64,000 bases of DNA from assembly GCF_009914755.1 (NCBI RefSeq), contig NC_060938.1. One strand, given 5' to 3'. The translations under genes were made by a program, and so were the position numbers. Shown here piece by piece: positions 38,101 to 53,530 of this stretch. Numbering within the stretch: the stretch's first letter is position 1; every line of letters begins with the position of its first letter. A model generated the notes under the pieces. That model was given only the letters and a program-made list of their open reading frames with translations, did no database searches and was not told the origin of the DNA. Source of the DNA: the human T2T-CHM13v2.0 reference genome, Homo sapiens.

Positions 38101-39931
38101 GGGACCCAGCAGAGAGAGTCCTTAGCTCTCCTGCTGGACCTGGCAAACAGAAGGTGCTGATAAATATGAACTGACTCCATATTCACCATTGCCACTTCCT
38201 ATTTTCCCCAGAAGTCATAATCGTAGGTTGGAAGAAAAGTAAGAGACTGCCCATCTAGTAGTGATCACTGACCAACGTGTAGATTCCCTTTAAAATTTGC
38301 CCTTTATTTTTTAAGGTGTCCTCTCCCAGGGGGGAGCATATTTAAATTCACACCAGAACGGCCTGCCAAGCTCAGAAAAGCAAGTTCCCAGGTTCAGTTC
38401 CTAGGTTCAGGATCATCCCAGCCTCCAAAGTGTCCACTTACACCTCGCTCGGCCAACGAGGGCAGAGGCCTTGCCTTTCATATTTACCTACTCCCCACCT
38501 TCTGCCTCCCCCACACTGCATGCCCCACATGCTGCAATCAGTAACTCAGGTGGGGACGCAGGGAGAAGCAGGCGGTGATGTCAGGGTTTTACTTGGCAGG
38601 CAAGAGAGCGTGGGGGGCAGCTGGGGAGCATCCGGAGCGCCTCCTGTCATGTTCCTATGACGAGGCTGCTAACTTTCCCAAGTGTGGTCATTTTGCAAAT
38701 TAACCTTTTAGCTCGAAAAATAAAGCTAGGTACTTCAAATTATTCACAGAAACTTAATGGTGCACATGATGCTGACAAGGAAAACATACCTTTGTATTAC
38801 GAAACAGACAACTTCTCCATTTGACTGGAAGATGCCCACTGACTTTCAGTGAAAATACGTTACCCCATCATAAGGATAACCAAAATAACCACATCTTTTA
38901 GCCTTTAACTGCTTAAAATATATGCCCATGTTTTAAAAAACAGGACATAATGAAATAAATGTAATATTTACTGTGCTACTCTTGTGAGTAAGTGTGAAAA
39001 CTGTAGGATGAACTATATCTGCAAAAAAGTAGGAAAAGGAACAGGTGTTAAACTTTCAAGAAAGATTTTGCTTAATCTCAAAAGTTATCAAAGTAAAATA
39101 GCTATTATTTTATAGAAAACGATAAAGGAGGCCAAGGCATAAAGTGGTATAATTTTATCCTTGATGTACTAATGCACATTTCTGCAGCTTCAGAGCCACT
39201 TTAATCTCATCTTAAAGCTTCCCAGCAAAGCTTCGTCCGTCAACTCCCCAAACCTGCACTGTGTGTCTGCTGCGTGCAAGGCATTGTGGGGGGACAATGA
39301 GCAAGATGAGTTCCCTGCTTTTAAGGAGCCAACGACTTTGGAGCAGGGAGCCCAGACAGGCAAACTGTGACGTGTCACACCAGGATACATGACACGTGCT
39401 GGAATTCAGAAAAGAAGCTGCAGTCACTGTCGGGAAGAGGGGGATCTGGCAATGACTCACAGAGGAGGTGGCATGCGAGTTAAGTCTCTAAAGATGGGCA
39501 GGATTTTCCATGTGGGAAGGGAGACATCCCAGACAGAGAGTACCGGAAATGGCAGAGGCAGGGAAAGGAGGGCTTGTTAAGGGAAGCTGAGCAGCTGGGG
39601 TTTGCAGAATCGATTGGCACACAGAGGGATGAAAAGGTGCAATGCCAGTGCAGTCCCAACACATGAGGCCCTGCAGAGGGTGGCACAGTGCCCACGGCAG
39701 GAGCATTAGAGTATTAGCTATGTGGCCCCAAGCAGTGCTACCCATCTGGTCTGTTACTTCACATGTAAAATGAAGACAATCCCTGCTACCAGAGTTTGCT
39801 GGCACTTGAGAGGTGTCAGTAAGTTAGTATCCATCCAGGAACAAGGACTTTGTAGACACTGAGCACCCCCTGGTCTTCAGCATTTAGGAAAAGTAATCTG
39901 CCAAAGGATGAATCAAAACAAGTGGTGGAGG

Positions 39932-40565
<634 letters not shown>

Positions 40566-41619
40566 AGCAAAGAAAAAAAAATTTTAATTATGAACTTCTG
40601 GGTGTACTTCTCAAAAAAATTCACACAAACATATGACTATTAGTCAAGATGGGCTGGAATCTGCCATAATACGGTGTCTCCAGGAGTCATTTCTCACTCA
40701 CTGCATGCTCCCTGGGTGCTGCCTGTGCCTCTGCTCCATGGGATCTCCACTCCATGATCCAGGAACCCAGTAAATGTTAGTGCCCTTCTGCACTGAACTG
40801 TTCTGTTCACAGGAACCAAACATATTTGCAGGAAAAAAAGAAGAGGATTTAAAAGGATGAAGAAAAAAGAAAGACACAAGGGAGGGCAAGTAAGTGACAG
40901 AACACAGACACAGGAGGCATCACACCACCAAGGGCACAGGCTGGACAAGAAAAGAAAAGTGAAGAAAAGGAGCACTGGTGAGACGCAGGGGAAACTCTGA
41001 GATGGAATGGAAAGAAGCCAAGAAATCTAAACATAAACAGAGCACCCCGATTCTCTTAAACGGGATGTAAGAGACTTTGCTTAGGGTGCGAGGCATTTGG
41101 TCTGTTTCATGATTGTCATTAATATGGTTATACCATTTCTTGTCTCTTTTGTTTCCATATATGTTCAGCATTCACTCAGTCATCTGATAACTAACATCCT
41201 ATTTCAGTCCTAAATTTATGGGTTTTGGATATATCCAAGTTCTTTGAAACATGTGCTCTGTACTCCAGACAGACACTGGCTAGTTAAAACGTGAGGAAGA
41301 GGTGCCTCAACACCAGGAGTCTTGAACAGAAGCAAATCCAATATAGAAACCCATCTGAATCTTTTTAAGTCCCAAAGTTACTTATGAAAATCAAGTAATT
41401 TTAAGGCCTCCATAAGGCCTACCTTATATGCTTAAGGATTTATTTTGGTCTCCTCAATTCCACACACCTGTTTTCATTCTTTGAAACAGATGAAAACTGT
41501 GAAGTATAGAGGAAATGGTAAGATATTCTGGAGTGGGTCCAAAGACAAGCAGTCACTACCCCCAGCCATTAAACGAGAGGGGAGGGGGAGTGAGCCCAGC
41601 CTTGATGGCTCAAGATGGG

Positions 41620-41730
41620 CCTGATGGGCCCAGAGAGGGAAGCCCAGGAAACAGCGTTTTCAGTAAGTTTCCCAGGTGACTTATGCTCACTCGAGTTGAA
41701 TCCAGGAACCAAGTTTAGCACTGGCTCCCA
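41620..41730. mobile_element. MER5-like hAT-Charlie fragment
   Basis: gcccaggaaacagcgttttcagtaagtttcccaggtgactt. Confidence 0.5.
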
Positions 41731-43062
41731 CTGAGGAGGAGAAGAGTAAAGAAAGATCTCTGCTCTCTGAATAAAGCCCTCCCTGCCCTGGGTGCACAGA
41801 TATGCACACACACATGCACAATGGGAGTGAAGTCTGGGAGAAGCTGAATTTCACACTGAGGTTTCTGGCCCATCCAGATCTGCCCACTTGAGGTTCTGGG
41901 TCACTGAAACCCTGTCAAACAGAATATGTGAAGCTTTAATTTTCTACCTGATGCTAGTTTATATTTTCTAGTGTTTTCTATTCCATGTATATATGACTTA
42001 AAATTCAAAAATAATTTCATGTTTTTAAAATAGGGAAAAAAGTCAAAGGTTTCTGACACCAGCACCAAAGACTCCAGCTATATTAATTACTTGTTCCTCA
42101 GGGTATTTAATACACCTTTTGACCTGACCTGCAAACAACGAACATTTATTCAACAGACATTTATCAAGTGCCAAACATTAGGCTAGGAACTGTAGCCAGG
42201 AAGGGAGTTTGCTCTCAGGCCTCTAGGGGCTCACGTGGCGCCACTGAGGAAATGAGGGAGAGGAAGCAGGTGATGCATCAGCGAGTGACTGAACCTGGCA
42301 CTGCTGAGCCCAGGCGCCACCTTCTCCTCTCACAGCAGATCCTCCACGAGCACCATGCCCACCTGCCCACAAAGGGCTGGCAACCAGGACTAAATATTCC
42401 AGGACAAACCTCACCTGGGTCCAGCGGACTGGTCAGTATGTGCAGACATGGGGCAGGTCCTAAATTTCACTCACTCAAATCAGCTCTAATCTAACAGTAA
42501 CAATAAAAGTAACAATGAACACTGAGTGCCTACTGTGTGCCAGACACAATAAAATGTCCTAAGCATCTTCTATGTATTAACAAATGTAAACCACACAGTG
42601 GCCATCACTCCTGTTTTACAGATAAAAGGCCCAGAAAAGCCCTGCCCCAGGTCATCCAACCAGAAAGTACAGGAGATTCCAATCCTCTTCACCTAACCAC
42701 CTCAAGTGCTGTCTCTGCACAAATATAACACATAATAGGGATTTTGTTAAATAGGTATTTCCACCAAGTGGGTCCCTTACATTTTTGTGAAGATTTATAC
42801 TTCATGAAGTGCTCTCATACTTCTCATCCAATCTTTCCAATACCAACCTAAGGCAGTGATTGGCAACCCCATTACCACATGGAGAAACTGTGGCCAAGTG
42901 ACCTGCCACCCCTTTGTGATTTACAGGCAGAGCTGTGACTCAAACGCAGGAGTTCTGATTCCAACTCTAGCACTCCTTCTAGTGCACACCATTCACAAAA
43001 ACGCAGAAAAGTACAAGAGGGAGCCAGCAGTGGCCTAAAATAGCAACATGCATTAGTAGGAA

Positions 43063-43337
<275 letters not shown>

Positions 43338-44309
43338 TAGTAGGGATTTTAAAACAAGACCCTAGCGTCTAAACCTAGAGCAACTGATCCCCTTGCCAGG
43401 GTCATTCTCACACAGCAAAGCAACTGCCATCCCACAACACACACTGGATGACCACTCTACCACCACAAATTCTTATTACAAGTCAATTTTAACTCGGGAA
43501 TACTATGAATCTGCTCAACATGGTCATGAATACACAGAGAAGTTTTCATAACACCACTTTTTCATCATGATCCATCTTGAATGACAGCTGTCATTCAAGA
43601 ACACCTCTTCTGAAAGTACTGCTTCCCCTCCTCTGACTACCCTTAAATGGCACCACCTACTTTACTAAGATTCGTATATTTAAGTGGTCAGTTTTATGGG
43701 AGACCTGACAAGTAAAAATACACTGAACTACATGAAAAAAATTAAAGGACAAATTCCCTTCTACCTGGCAAATGTCCAGTTAGTTAATCACGGCACTGAG
43801 TGCAAAGAACCCGTAAGAGTCCTGATAAAAATTAACAGCATGCTTTAGAGTCCATTTATTTTCTGAATTGAATATTTTGTGCAGGAAAAAATGTCAGTAT
43901 TTCAGTCTTCATTACAATTCTAATCTGAAAGTTAAAAAGCAACAATGACAAAAATGCTAAATCAAGTTCTTAATAATTGAATCAAAGCAGGAAAAAAATC
44001 TCTGGTTTCTGCAAATGCCAAGCCATTTATATTCACACTTTAAGTATTGCTTTTAAGCCACCAAAAAGCAAAACTTCAGTTCCATATGCTAATATGGTCC
44101 ACATAAAGCTCCCATAATTAATGTACTGAGCTTTGTTCTAAACAAAAGTCTAAGGGCACAGATGTGGAATGACCAAGATTTCTCTTAAATTCTTCTCATC
44201 ACATCTACAAGGATTAAGAAGAGATGGATGCAGACGTAACAGTGACACACAAAGCAACAATGCCTCCAGTAGCAAACACACAAGAACACTCTCACCATCT
44301 CATGCTGAG

Positions 44310-44472
44310 AGGCTCCCAGCTTCAACCTGCTGACACTCTGGGACAGACAGCTCTTTGCTGTGGGGATGTCCTCTGTCTTGCAGGGTGTTTACAGCACCCC
44401 AGGCCCAGGTGTGACAGCCAAAATGTCTCTATTCCCCCAAGGGATCAGTCATTCTTGGTGGAGAACCGGTGG
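44310..44472 (-). mobile_element. MER20 (hAT-Charlie)
   Basis: ctttgctgtgggg...gtgtgacagccaaaatgtctct...gagaacc. Confidence 0.75.
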
Positions 44473-44992
44473 GCTAAACAAGGAGTTCTTATAAAGGACA
44501 CAAAAAGCACTATCTTTAAAAAATAAAACTGATAAATTAGACTTTGTTAAAATTAAGAACTTCATCAAATAATATCATTAAGAAAGTGACTAGGCAAACC
44601 ACAAACTAGAAGATAATCACAAAATGTGTATCTTGTAAAGGACACGCATCCAGAAGAAAAAGCCAAGTTAAAGACAGGCAATGGCAGGGAGGGGAGATGG
44701 GGAGTTAATACTTAACAGTCACAGAGTTTCTGTTTGGGGGGATTAAAAATTTTCTATGGTGGTGATGGTTACACAACATTGTCAATGCAATAAATGACAC
44801 TAGTATACTTAAACATGGTTAAAATGGCAAATTTCATGTTATGTGTGTTTTACAATTTTACAAATTAATAATGTAATATACATCCCCAAAATACACACTG
44901 GATTTCCAAAACTTATAAAAACAGTGTAAAATATATTAATAATTTTTATATTAATTACATGTTTAATAGATATTTCAGGTATCTTGAGTTAA

Positions 44993-45305
<313 letters not shown>

Positions 45306-45933
45306 TTAAAAATTCTTTAATGAGCGTAACATTTGAACAGGCACTTCCCAAAAGAGGACATCTAAGTAGCTAATAAGCAAATGAAAACATGCTCAACACC
45401 ATTAGCCATCAAGGAAAGTAAATCAAAATTACCATAAATAATACTACATGTCCATCAGAATATCGCAAAAAACCAAGCGCTAATGAGGGAGTAGAGCAAC
45501 TAGGATGCTTGTGGATAGCTGGTGCGAGTGTAAATTGGTGTAACCACTTCAGAGAACGGTTTATCAACATCTACTGAAGCTAAACATACGATCACTCAAT
45601 ACCCCAATGATTCTTCTCCCAAGAGAATACCCAGAAGAAATGAATGTATATGTCCACAAGAAGATAAACACAAGATTACTTCTAGCAGCTTCACTTGTAA
45701 TAGCCAAAAACTGGAAACCACCCAAATGTCCATCGACAGAACAGATAAAAAACTGTGGTACATTCATACAGTGAGAAACTATACAGAAATTTTCAAAAAG
45801 AATAAACTACAGCTACACACAGCAACATGGGTGAATTCCAGAGACTGAGCCAAAGAAGCCAGAGACCAAGGAGTCCCTACTGCATGCTCCCCCAACGCAA
45901 AAACCCCAAGGAGGCAAAGCACCCAAAGGCCTT

Positions 45934-46071
45934 AGAATGAGAAGAGTGCTTACCCCTGACATGGGTGGGGCACTGATGGGGAAAGGACAGTGGGGAGTTT
46001 TACAGAATGAGAAGAGCGCTTACCCCTGACACGGGCGGGGCACTGACGGGGAAAAGACAGTGGGGAGTTTT
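45934..46071. repeat. 70-bp tandem duplication (2 copies)
   Basis: agaatgagaagagYgcttacccctgac...gacagtggggagtttt starting at 45934 and 46004. Confidence 0.95.
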
Positions 46072-46132
46072 CTAGGTTGCTAGAAATGTTCCATGTCTTC
46101 ATCTTGGTTGTGCTACTTGAGTACAAAAACTA

Positions 46133-46501
<369 letters not shown>

Positions 46502-47454
46502 TTAAAAAATTAAAAGTTGACAGAAAACTCCCCAAACTGGCTCATCTTTGCTATAGGAGGGTTACTAACTGGCCCCAGCCTTTTAAAAAAAATTATATTT
46601 TTATTCTATTAATACCAGCTATTTTAAAAAATTAACAAAGTAGTCAAAGGCCTATTCGTTATTACTCTGATACCATTTACCACCAGGTACATATTTTCAT
46701 CCTTTTCTGTTATTTGCCATGCATATTGTCATGTTTATTCATAGACTATGAATAAACCTTATTTTAAAAGTTTATAATGCTCAATGTTTGGAAGCTGTCA
46801 TTAATTGTCTTTAAAGTATAGCTATATTTTTTTAGGTAGTAAACTCATAAATCATTTGACTCTTTCCTGCCTCTCAAGTTTTCTTGGCAATTTCTACCTA
46901 GAATTTTGGTAGTTAATCCTATGCTGACTGATAAAATCCTTTGTTGTGATCAGCTGTTATTCAAGTATTTTATTGACATTTAGCTTCTCCCCATGTGTCT
47001 TACTTCCCGATAGCTTGTCAACTAGGGATTCAACAGAACGGAGCTGAAGCAGTGCCTTTAACACCCACGAGTGCCCTGAATGTAAACAGTTACTCAATAG
47101 TTTACAGAACTGGCAAGGACTATCCTGGGCCATCAACGTCTTTCACACCTAGTCCAAGAATCCCCTCTTCAGCACCCCTAAAGGGCCATGACAGGAAGCT
47201 CTATTTGTAAAACATGCACTTGTAAAAATCCTCTGTATCTAGAAATACCTTTCCTTCCATTTCACACCTGGCTTCACACACCTGTAGGAGAAACAAGGCA
47301 GGTTCCCCACCCCCCCACCTTTTTTTTTTTTTTGTAAGTATGGAAACTGAGGCTCAGATTGCTTGAGGGACTTGGCTATGGTCACAAAGTGAATAACTGA
47401 CAAAGAAAGAAGATGACTCCAGGGCTCCAATGTCTGGTCATCGGTCTTTCCACC

Positions 47455-47826
47455 TGTATTAGTCCATTCTCACACTGCGATGAAGAACTGCCCAAGACGG
47501 GGTAGTTTATAAAGCTAAGAGGTTTAATTGACTCACAGTTCAGCATGGTTGGGGAGGCCTCAGGAAACTCACAATCACAGAGGAGGAGGAAGCAAGGCAC
47601 CTTCTTCACAAGGCAGCAGGAAGAAGTGCCAAACAAAGGGGAAAGAGCCCTTATAAAACCATCAGACCTTGTAAGAACTCACTATCACAAGAACAACATG
47701 GGGGAAACCGCCTCCATGATTCACCTGCCTCCGCTTGATCTCTCCCTTGACACGTGGTGATCACGGGAATGATGGAGATTACAATTCAAGATGAGATGGG
47801 TGGAAACACAAAGCCTAACCAGATCA
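47455..47826 (-). mobile_element. THE1/MST-family (ERVL-MaLR) solo LTR with 5-bp TSD CCACC
   Basis: TG...CA termini (tgtattagtcc...accagatca); ccacc at 47450-47454 and 47827-47831. Confidence 0.93.
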
Positions 47827-49199
47827 CCACCGTACTTCCGCCTTCCAAGTGACTCCCGGGAAAGTTCATCAAACAGCTTGTGTCGAATAGTTTTCTAAAT
47901 CAAGAACGGCCTGGTCTACATAGAGCTTTCCTTCTCAGTTTTCCATCATCCAGAAACAGGGTCTTCTGCATTCCTGACAGAAGTGTTAGGCAAGACAGGG
48001 TCAGGCACAGAGCCTGGACATGGCCACCAGCATCTCACTGCAGCCTGACACCATCCACTAGTACTCCCCAGACATGCTCAGACAGCATTCTCTATTACAG
48101 CACAGGGATAAGTGTTAGGCTGAGATTAAGCGGCCCTCCTTAAATTCAAAAGAATAAAAGTAAGTGAGTTTGGCTTGGAATGGCCTTTTCTTAATGCAAA
48201 TTTGCTTCGGTCCACTGTTGTGTTCTTATGGTGCTTTTAATTCTTCTCGGCAGCCTCTCCAGGAAGGAAGTACCTACCCACACACCAGAAAAATCTAGCA
48301 CTGTGCTGAAAAGTGTTGACCTTGCAAACAACACAGTCACTACTACTCGTGGCCCCACACAGGAGCTGTATTTTTTTATCCAGTAAGTGTTCCCTGGGTT
48401 CTTCAGCACCGGTTTAAGTCCTTCCATTTTAGCAAGATTCCTGAGCACCTCCCTCCACTGCTTAAAACATTTCCACAGCTTGTGTTGAAATGTAAATCAG
48501 CAGTAGGTGAGCAGAAGGTCTCAATAAATGTTTATGGAATGAATGACCAGCTCCCATGGTTACAGGATGAAGTCAGCACAGTACCGTGGATAGAGAAGAT
48601 AGTTCAGTTAGATATGAGATTAAGTCCAGGGATTATCACCAACTAGGTATGAACTGAGGTCCTGAAACAGACAGGCCAGCAAATAGGCCTCAATTTCCTC
48701 ACTGTCAAATGAGAACAGAAGTACCCAGACCTCGCAGGCACGCGGAGGATTCAGTGGAATTGTGTTAATGTGGATCTTGGCATTGAGTAAAGTGCTACCT
48801 CAAGAGTTCTGTTCCCTCCCTTCCAGCATGTCTACCTTGCCACCTCCCTGTGCACACCACACTCCAGGCCCACTGCATGGCCATGCTGTGCCCTCTACCC
48901 TCCACCAGGAAAACTCCTACGTCCTCTTCAGGGGTCAGTGACCAGTGCCACCTCTGTGAAGTCTTCCCTACTCCCACTCTTTCTGCTGCTTTCCCTGCCT
49001 CTGGGCTACTCCGCCAACCCCTCAATGTGATTACATTATATACTGCATTTGGTTTTCCACTAGACTGAATGCTCCTTGCAAATGGAAACTACACCAGCAC
49101 CTCTCTGCAATCCCAGCACCTAACGACGTTCTTCACACGTCAGTGGTGCTTGATAACAGGTAACTACCAAAAAAGAAAAGGCACTAGATCAGTGAGACT

Positions 49200-49272
49200 T
49201 GTGTGTGACTGTGTGACTGTGTGATATGATGTGTGTGCGTGCCTGTACGTGTATACGTGTGTGTGTGTGTGA
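49200..49272. repeat. Degenerate (TG)n microsatellite
   Basis: Directly visible. Confidence 0.85.
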
Positions 49273-51124
49273 CACACAGAAAGATTGATTCGTCTCAATA
49301 AATCTCTTTCAGTTTTGAGATACTATTTCAAAAGCCTCAATGTAACTTGGCTCAACACTTCAGTCACTCAAAGAAACTCCATTTCACATCTACATTAACT
49401 GAAATTCTTCCTTTGTCACTACATCACCTACATTCACTTGAGGCAGTACCTGCATTTAGATACCAGCTAACTGTACATAAGCAGTCCCTCAGGTCAGCCC
49501 ACATGCCCATTCATGAGAAGCCAACCTCCTTCTGGTTCCAGAAACCACAGCCACTAATTCACTTTAAAGACCACACAAGAACAAGGACTTCAAAGCCGAT
49601 GGCAGCATTTCTGTTGTAAACTCTATCAAATAAAAACTGGCTTATTAATTTTAAATGACTTCAGAGCATTTAAGGAAAAAACATGAGACTGACACAAAGG
49701 TTCTGAAACTCATTAGAGCTGGTCTTGAAATCACTGATATATTTAAATTGAAATCTGCTCTTTCTGACAGCTTTTCGTTCAGACATGCTACCATGTGTGT
49801 GTCACTACGGTTAAGGTTGGGTGAGCACTTCCATTAAAACCTTCACTTTCACAAGCTTATAATTTAAGAATAAAAATTTGCTCTAGGCTTGACTTCTGCA
49901 TACAAAAGGTTTCAAATATATATTCCAAAGAATAAAATAAACCTGTCTGAACTGAAAGCTCGGATGCAAAGCATAGTAGATTACCTGTGGTGTGTCTCTG
50001 GTTTAGACAAGTTAGAATAAGCTAGGAATTTAGCATTGAAGATTTCCATTCTAGACCATAAAGCTTCAAAACAGAGAAAGGTTAGTAATGTCATGTTATA
50101 AGCAAGGTAAACTTAAAACCAATTTATTCCAGAATCCTCAAGATCATCCTTATCTCCCGAACTCTTCACATCCAGTTTGTCACCAGATCCTGTCAATTCT
50201 ACCTGCAGGTACTTCTCGGATTCACCAGGCTAAGTAGTCTTATGGCCTCCAAACCGTCCACCTCCCTGCCGCTGGGGTTGTCATTAAGCAAGCAACCAAA
50301 CCAGTGCCAGTCTGACCATGTGCCCCTACAGGATAAGATCCCAACTACCTGGCAAGGCTTGCTGGAGGCTCTTCAGGACCTAGTCCTCTCCCTCTCACCG
50401 TGAACAGGCCTTTCTGTTTCATCTTCTTGCCTTTTACATCCAATACAGGGACTTTGCTTTCCAACATCATAGGAAGGTGCTCACATCCAGCTTCAGGTTA
50501 ATTACATCAGAAGAATGATTGTACTTAAAAAACATATTTATATTCATGATAGCTCAGCTACATTCACAAGTCTGTCACAGAGGGTAGATTGTAAATATGG
50601 AAACTGAGGCTCAGAGCATCCGAGTGGCTTCAGCACGTATCACACAAAGAGAACTGCTAAAGCAGCAGCCACTTGATCCCAACTTTGGCGGGAGCCACAG
50701 GCACTACAGGCAACCCTGGGAGATTCAGGCGACAGACTCATAGGAGCAGCTCCTGCTGGAAATCCACAACAGGCTTCTCAGCTCCAGGGCTGTGCCCTCT
50801 GAGAGGCAAAGGCTGCTCTTCTCAAGTTCTTCCATACATGCCCTTCTCACCCCCAACTCCAGACTGCTGCTGACCTATTTCCTCCAACCAGACAACTTTG
50901 CCTTTCAAGCCCCACTCAGGTATCACCTGACTGCCCCAAGCTTCACAGAGATCAGACAACAGAGCACTGCCTCAGTTTACCACTTTTGCTCGTCAACATT
51001 TCCTGTTTGTTTTCCTTCAATTTCCAATGATAAACTTCTAGAAGGCAAGGACCTCATGTTGATTTTATATCTCCTTATAGTACCTATGACCGAACCACAG
51101 GAGAAGCATTCAGCAAAACTCATT

Positions 51125-51375
51125 ACATATATATTCTGAAATACATATATTTATATATAAATATATAAAACATATCTATGTATTAAATATATAAACATAT
51201 TTATATTTTTATATATACATATATAAATATGTAAGTATATATAATACATATTTATATATTTATATGTATTTATATTTTTATACATATAAATATATGTATT
51301 TATATTTTTATACATATAAATGTATGTATTTATATTTTTATACACATAAATGTATGTATTTATATGTATAAATAT
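51125..51375. repeat. AT-rich low-complexity tract with a ~30-bp tandem unit
   Basis: tatttatatttttatacatataaatRtatg repeated ~3 times next to an Alu tail. Confidence 0.9.
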
Positions 51376-51377
51376 TC

Positions 51378-51681
51378 TTTTTTGAGACAGGATCTGGCTT
51401 TGTCACCCAGGCTAGAGTATGGTGGCACAATCTTGGCTCACTGCAACCATCACTTCCTGGGCTCAAACCATCCTCTCACTTCAGTCTGCTAAGTAGCTCT
51501 ACAGGCACACATCACCATGCTCAGGTAATCTTTCTGTATTTTTTTTTTTAGAGACAGGGTTTCGCCATGTTGGGGTTTCACCATGTTACCCAGGCTGGTC
51601 TTGAACTCCTGGGCTAAAGTGATCTCCCCGCCCTGGCCTCCCAAAGTGCTGGGATTATAGGCATGAACCACCAAGCCCAGC
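51378..51681 (-). mobile_element. AluJ with an internal ~16-bp duplication (gggtttcRccatgtt x2)
   Basis: Reverse dimer with J-type features. Confidence 0.9.
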
Positions 51682-52934
51682 AGAAAATATTTTCAATAAG
51701 TAGTAATTTGACTTATTTTTAAAAGAATATGAATGTTACTATGTTCTTCCCGATGAGACTGAATGTAAATAAAAATAAACACAGTATCCATGCTATGTTC
51801 TCTATTACTAATTTTTAGAACTCACTTTTTCCTTTAAGCTGAAAGGATAAAGTTGATTTGCAAAATGACAAAAGTACGCAAACCATTAACACGTGACCAA
51901 GCTCAGGGACTAAACAACACAGGTGGGCCTAAAAGTAGCAGCTCTCCAAAAATATAATTCAGGCTCGAACTGTCGATAATCGCATTTCACTACACGTGCG
52001 AAGTGGAAATACCCAGTAATTTCCAGTAGAGCCAGTAGGGGACAGGGTCAGGAGCAATACACACAGCCTCCGGTGTCTACATCATGCGCAGGGGAGGGCA
52101 ATTCACTGGAACAGCTCAGAGAGCGAATCTAAGTCTCACTGCGGTCAGTGAGCCCTGGCTGGAGGACTCAGGAGTGGAACGTGGCAATGGGAGCTTGTGC
52201 GTTTAAAGCAGAGCCAGTAAGAAGGTGCAGAAAGAGGGCATAGGGTGCACCTGAAGAGAGCTCTCGGCATCTGTGGGGAGGTAAGAGGCCTTGTAGGGAA
52301 CACTGGGTGAAAAAAAAAAAAGAACAAAAGGGGCTTGACAGTGTTGTGGGAGTATATTTCACATCACCCCATTTTTTGGAAAATACAGAAAGCACTTAAA
52401 AAAAAAAAGCAACAGAAAAATACAATAGCCCAAGAGAACACAAGCCAGTTATCTGAAGAGATGCTCGATTAAATCTAATAAAAGCTAAGGATCTGATAAA
52501 TTCCTCCCTGTGAATTTCACTTCTCAGAAGACAAAGAAAGGACAGGAACGCTGATGCTCAGGGCCAATGAGGCCTGTGAGCAGAGTGACAGTACGCTGTC
52601 ACACCCTCGACAATCCTCACCTAAGCTGCTGTAGACTCCTCTCAGGTTTAGCATTCATCCCAGTAGGGGTAAACCTGTCATAGAGGGACAAAAGTGTCTA
52701 ACAGGGACCTTTGTACAAACTGGGAAAAGTTGTCTGTCTGTGAGGGACCCAGCCCAGTGGGGACCCAGCGTGGGGTGTGGCGGATGGGCTGGACCTCACT
52801 CCTTTTATATCTCCTTATACCACTTACGACTGAACCACAGGACCTAATCAGGTGCTTCTGTGTGCACAGAGGGCTCACAGCCCTCAGAGAGCCTGGCCAC
52901 ACGTGACTTACACGTAGAGAACAAGGCAATCAGT

Positions 52935-53530
52935 TCCCCATTCAACCAGCGCTGCTTGAGCCCTCCTGTGTGACAGGCACTAGGCCAGGCGGCAGTGCCA
53001 CAGTGGTGCCCAAGGACAGAAAGGCCCCACTCTTAAAGCTCAAACTCCAGGGAAGGGGACAGATGACAAACACAAAAGCAATCACAGGCAGCGACACATC
53101 TGCAAGAGGACAAAACCGCACGCTAGCACAGACGTCAGGGGGTCTTCACGGTCAGAAGAGACTCTATGCCAAGGCTAGAAGAACCCAGGGAAGCCTGCAG
53201 CAGGCAGGAAGGGGGTCCACAGCAAAGTCCTGAGGAGAAGAGGCTGGCAAGTCCTGGGCCCTGATCACCACCAGAGGGAGTGGACTGCAGTGAGGGAGGA
53301 AGCAGCCCCTGATGAGGCCACAGCAGGGGCAGGGCCATCTGGGCAGCCCAGCCCTCTGAGTTTGTTCTAAGCGTAAGGAAAAGTCAGTGGGGAGACATGG
53401 ACTACTATTTATATTCCAAAAAGAGCCCCTTGGTGGAGCTACATTGAGGAGGTCAAGAGCACAGGGACCCTTTGGAAGAAAGAAGAGTGGCCAGGACTGG
53501 GTGATGGAGTCGTGGCTAAGGAAAATGTAT
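52935..53530 (-). mobile_element. L2 fragment
   Basis: cattcaacc...ttgagccctcctgtgtgacaggcactaggcc...; collinear with reverse L2. Confidence 0.65.

Noticed and set aside
51151-51345. Repetitive ORF MYKNINTYIY x3
   Set aside because: Translation of the 30-bp AT-rich tandem repeat
52332-52375. agtgttgtggg resembling the Y5 RNA 5' region
   Set aside because: Only ~11 nt match; no Y RNA stem or 3' end
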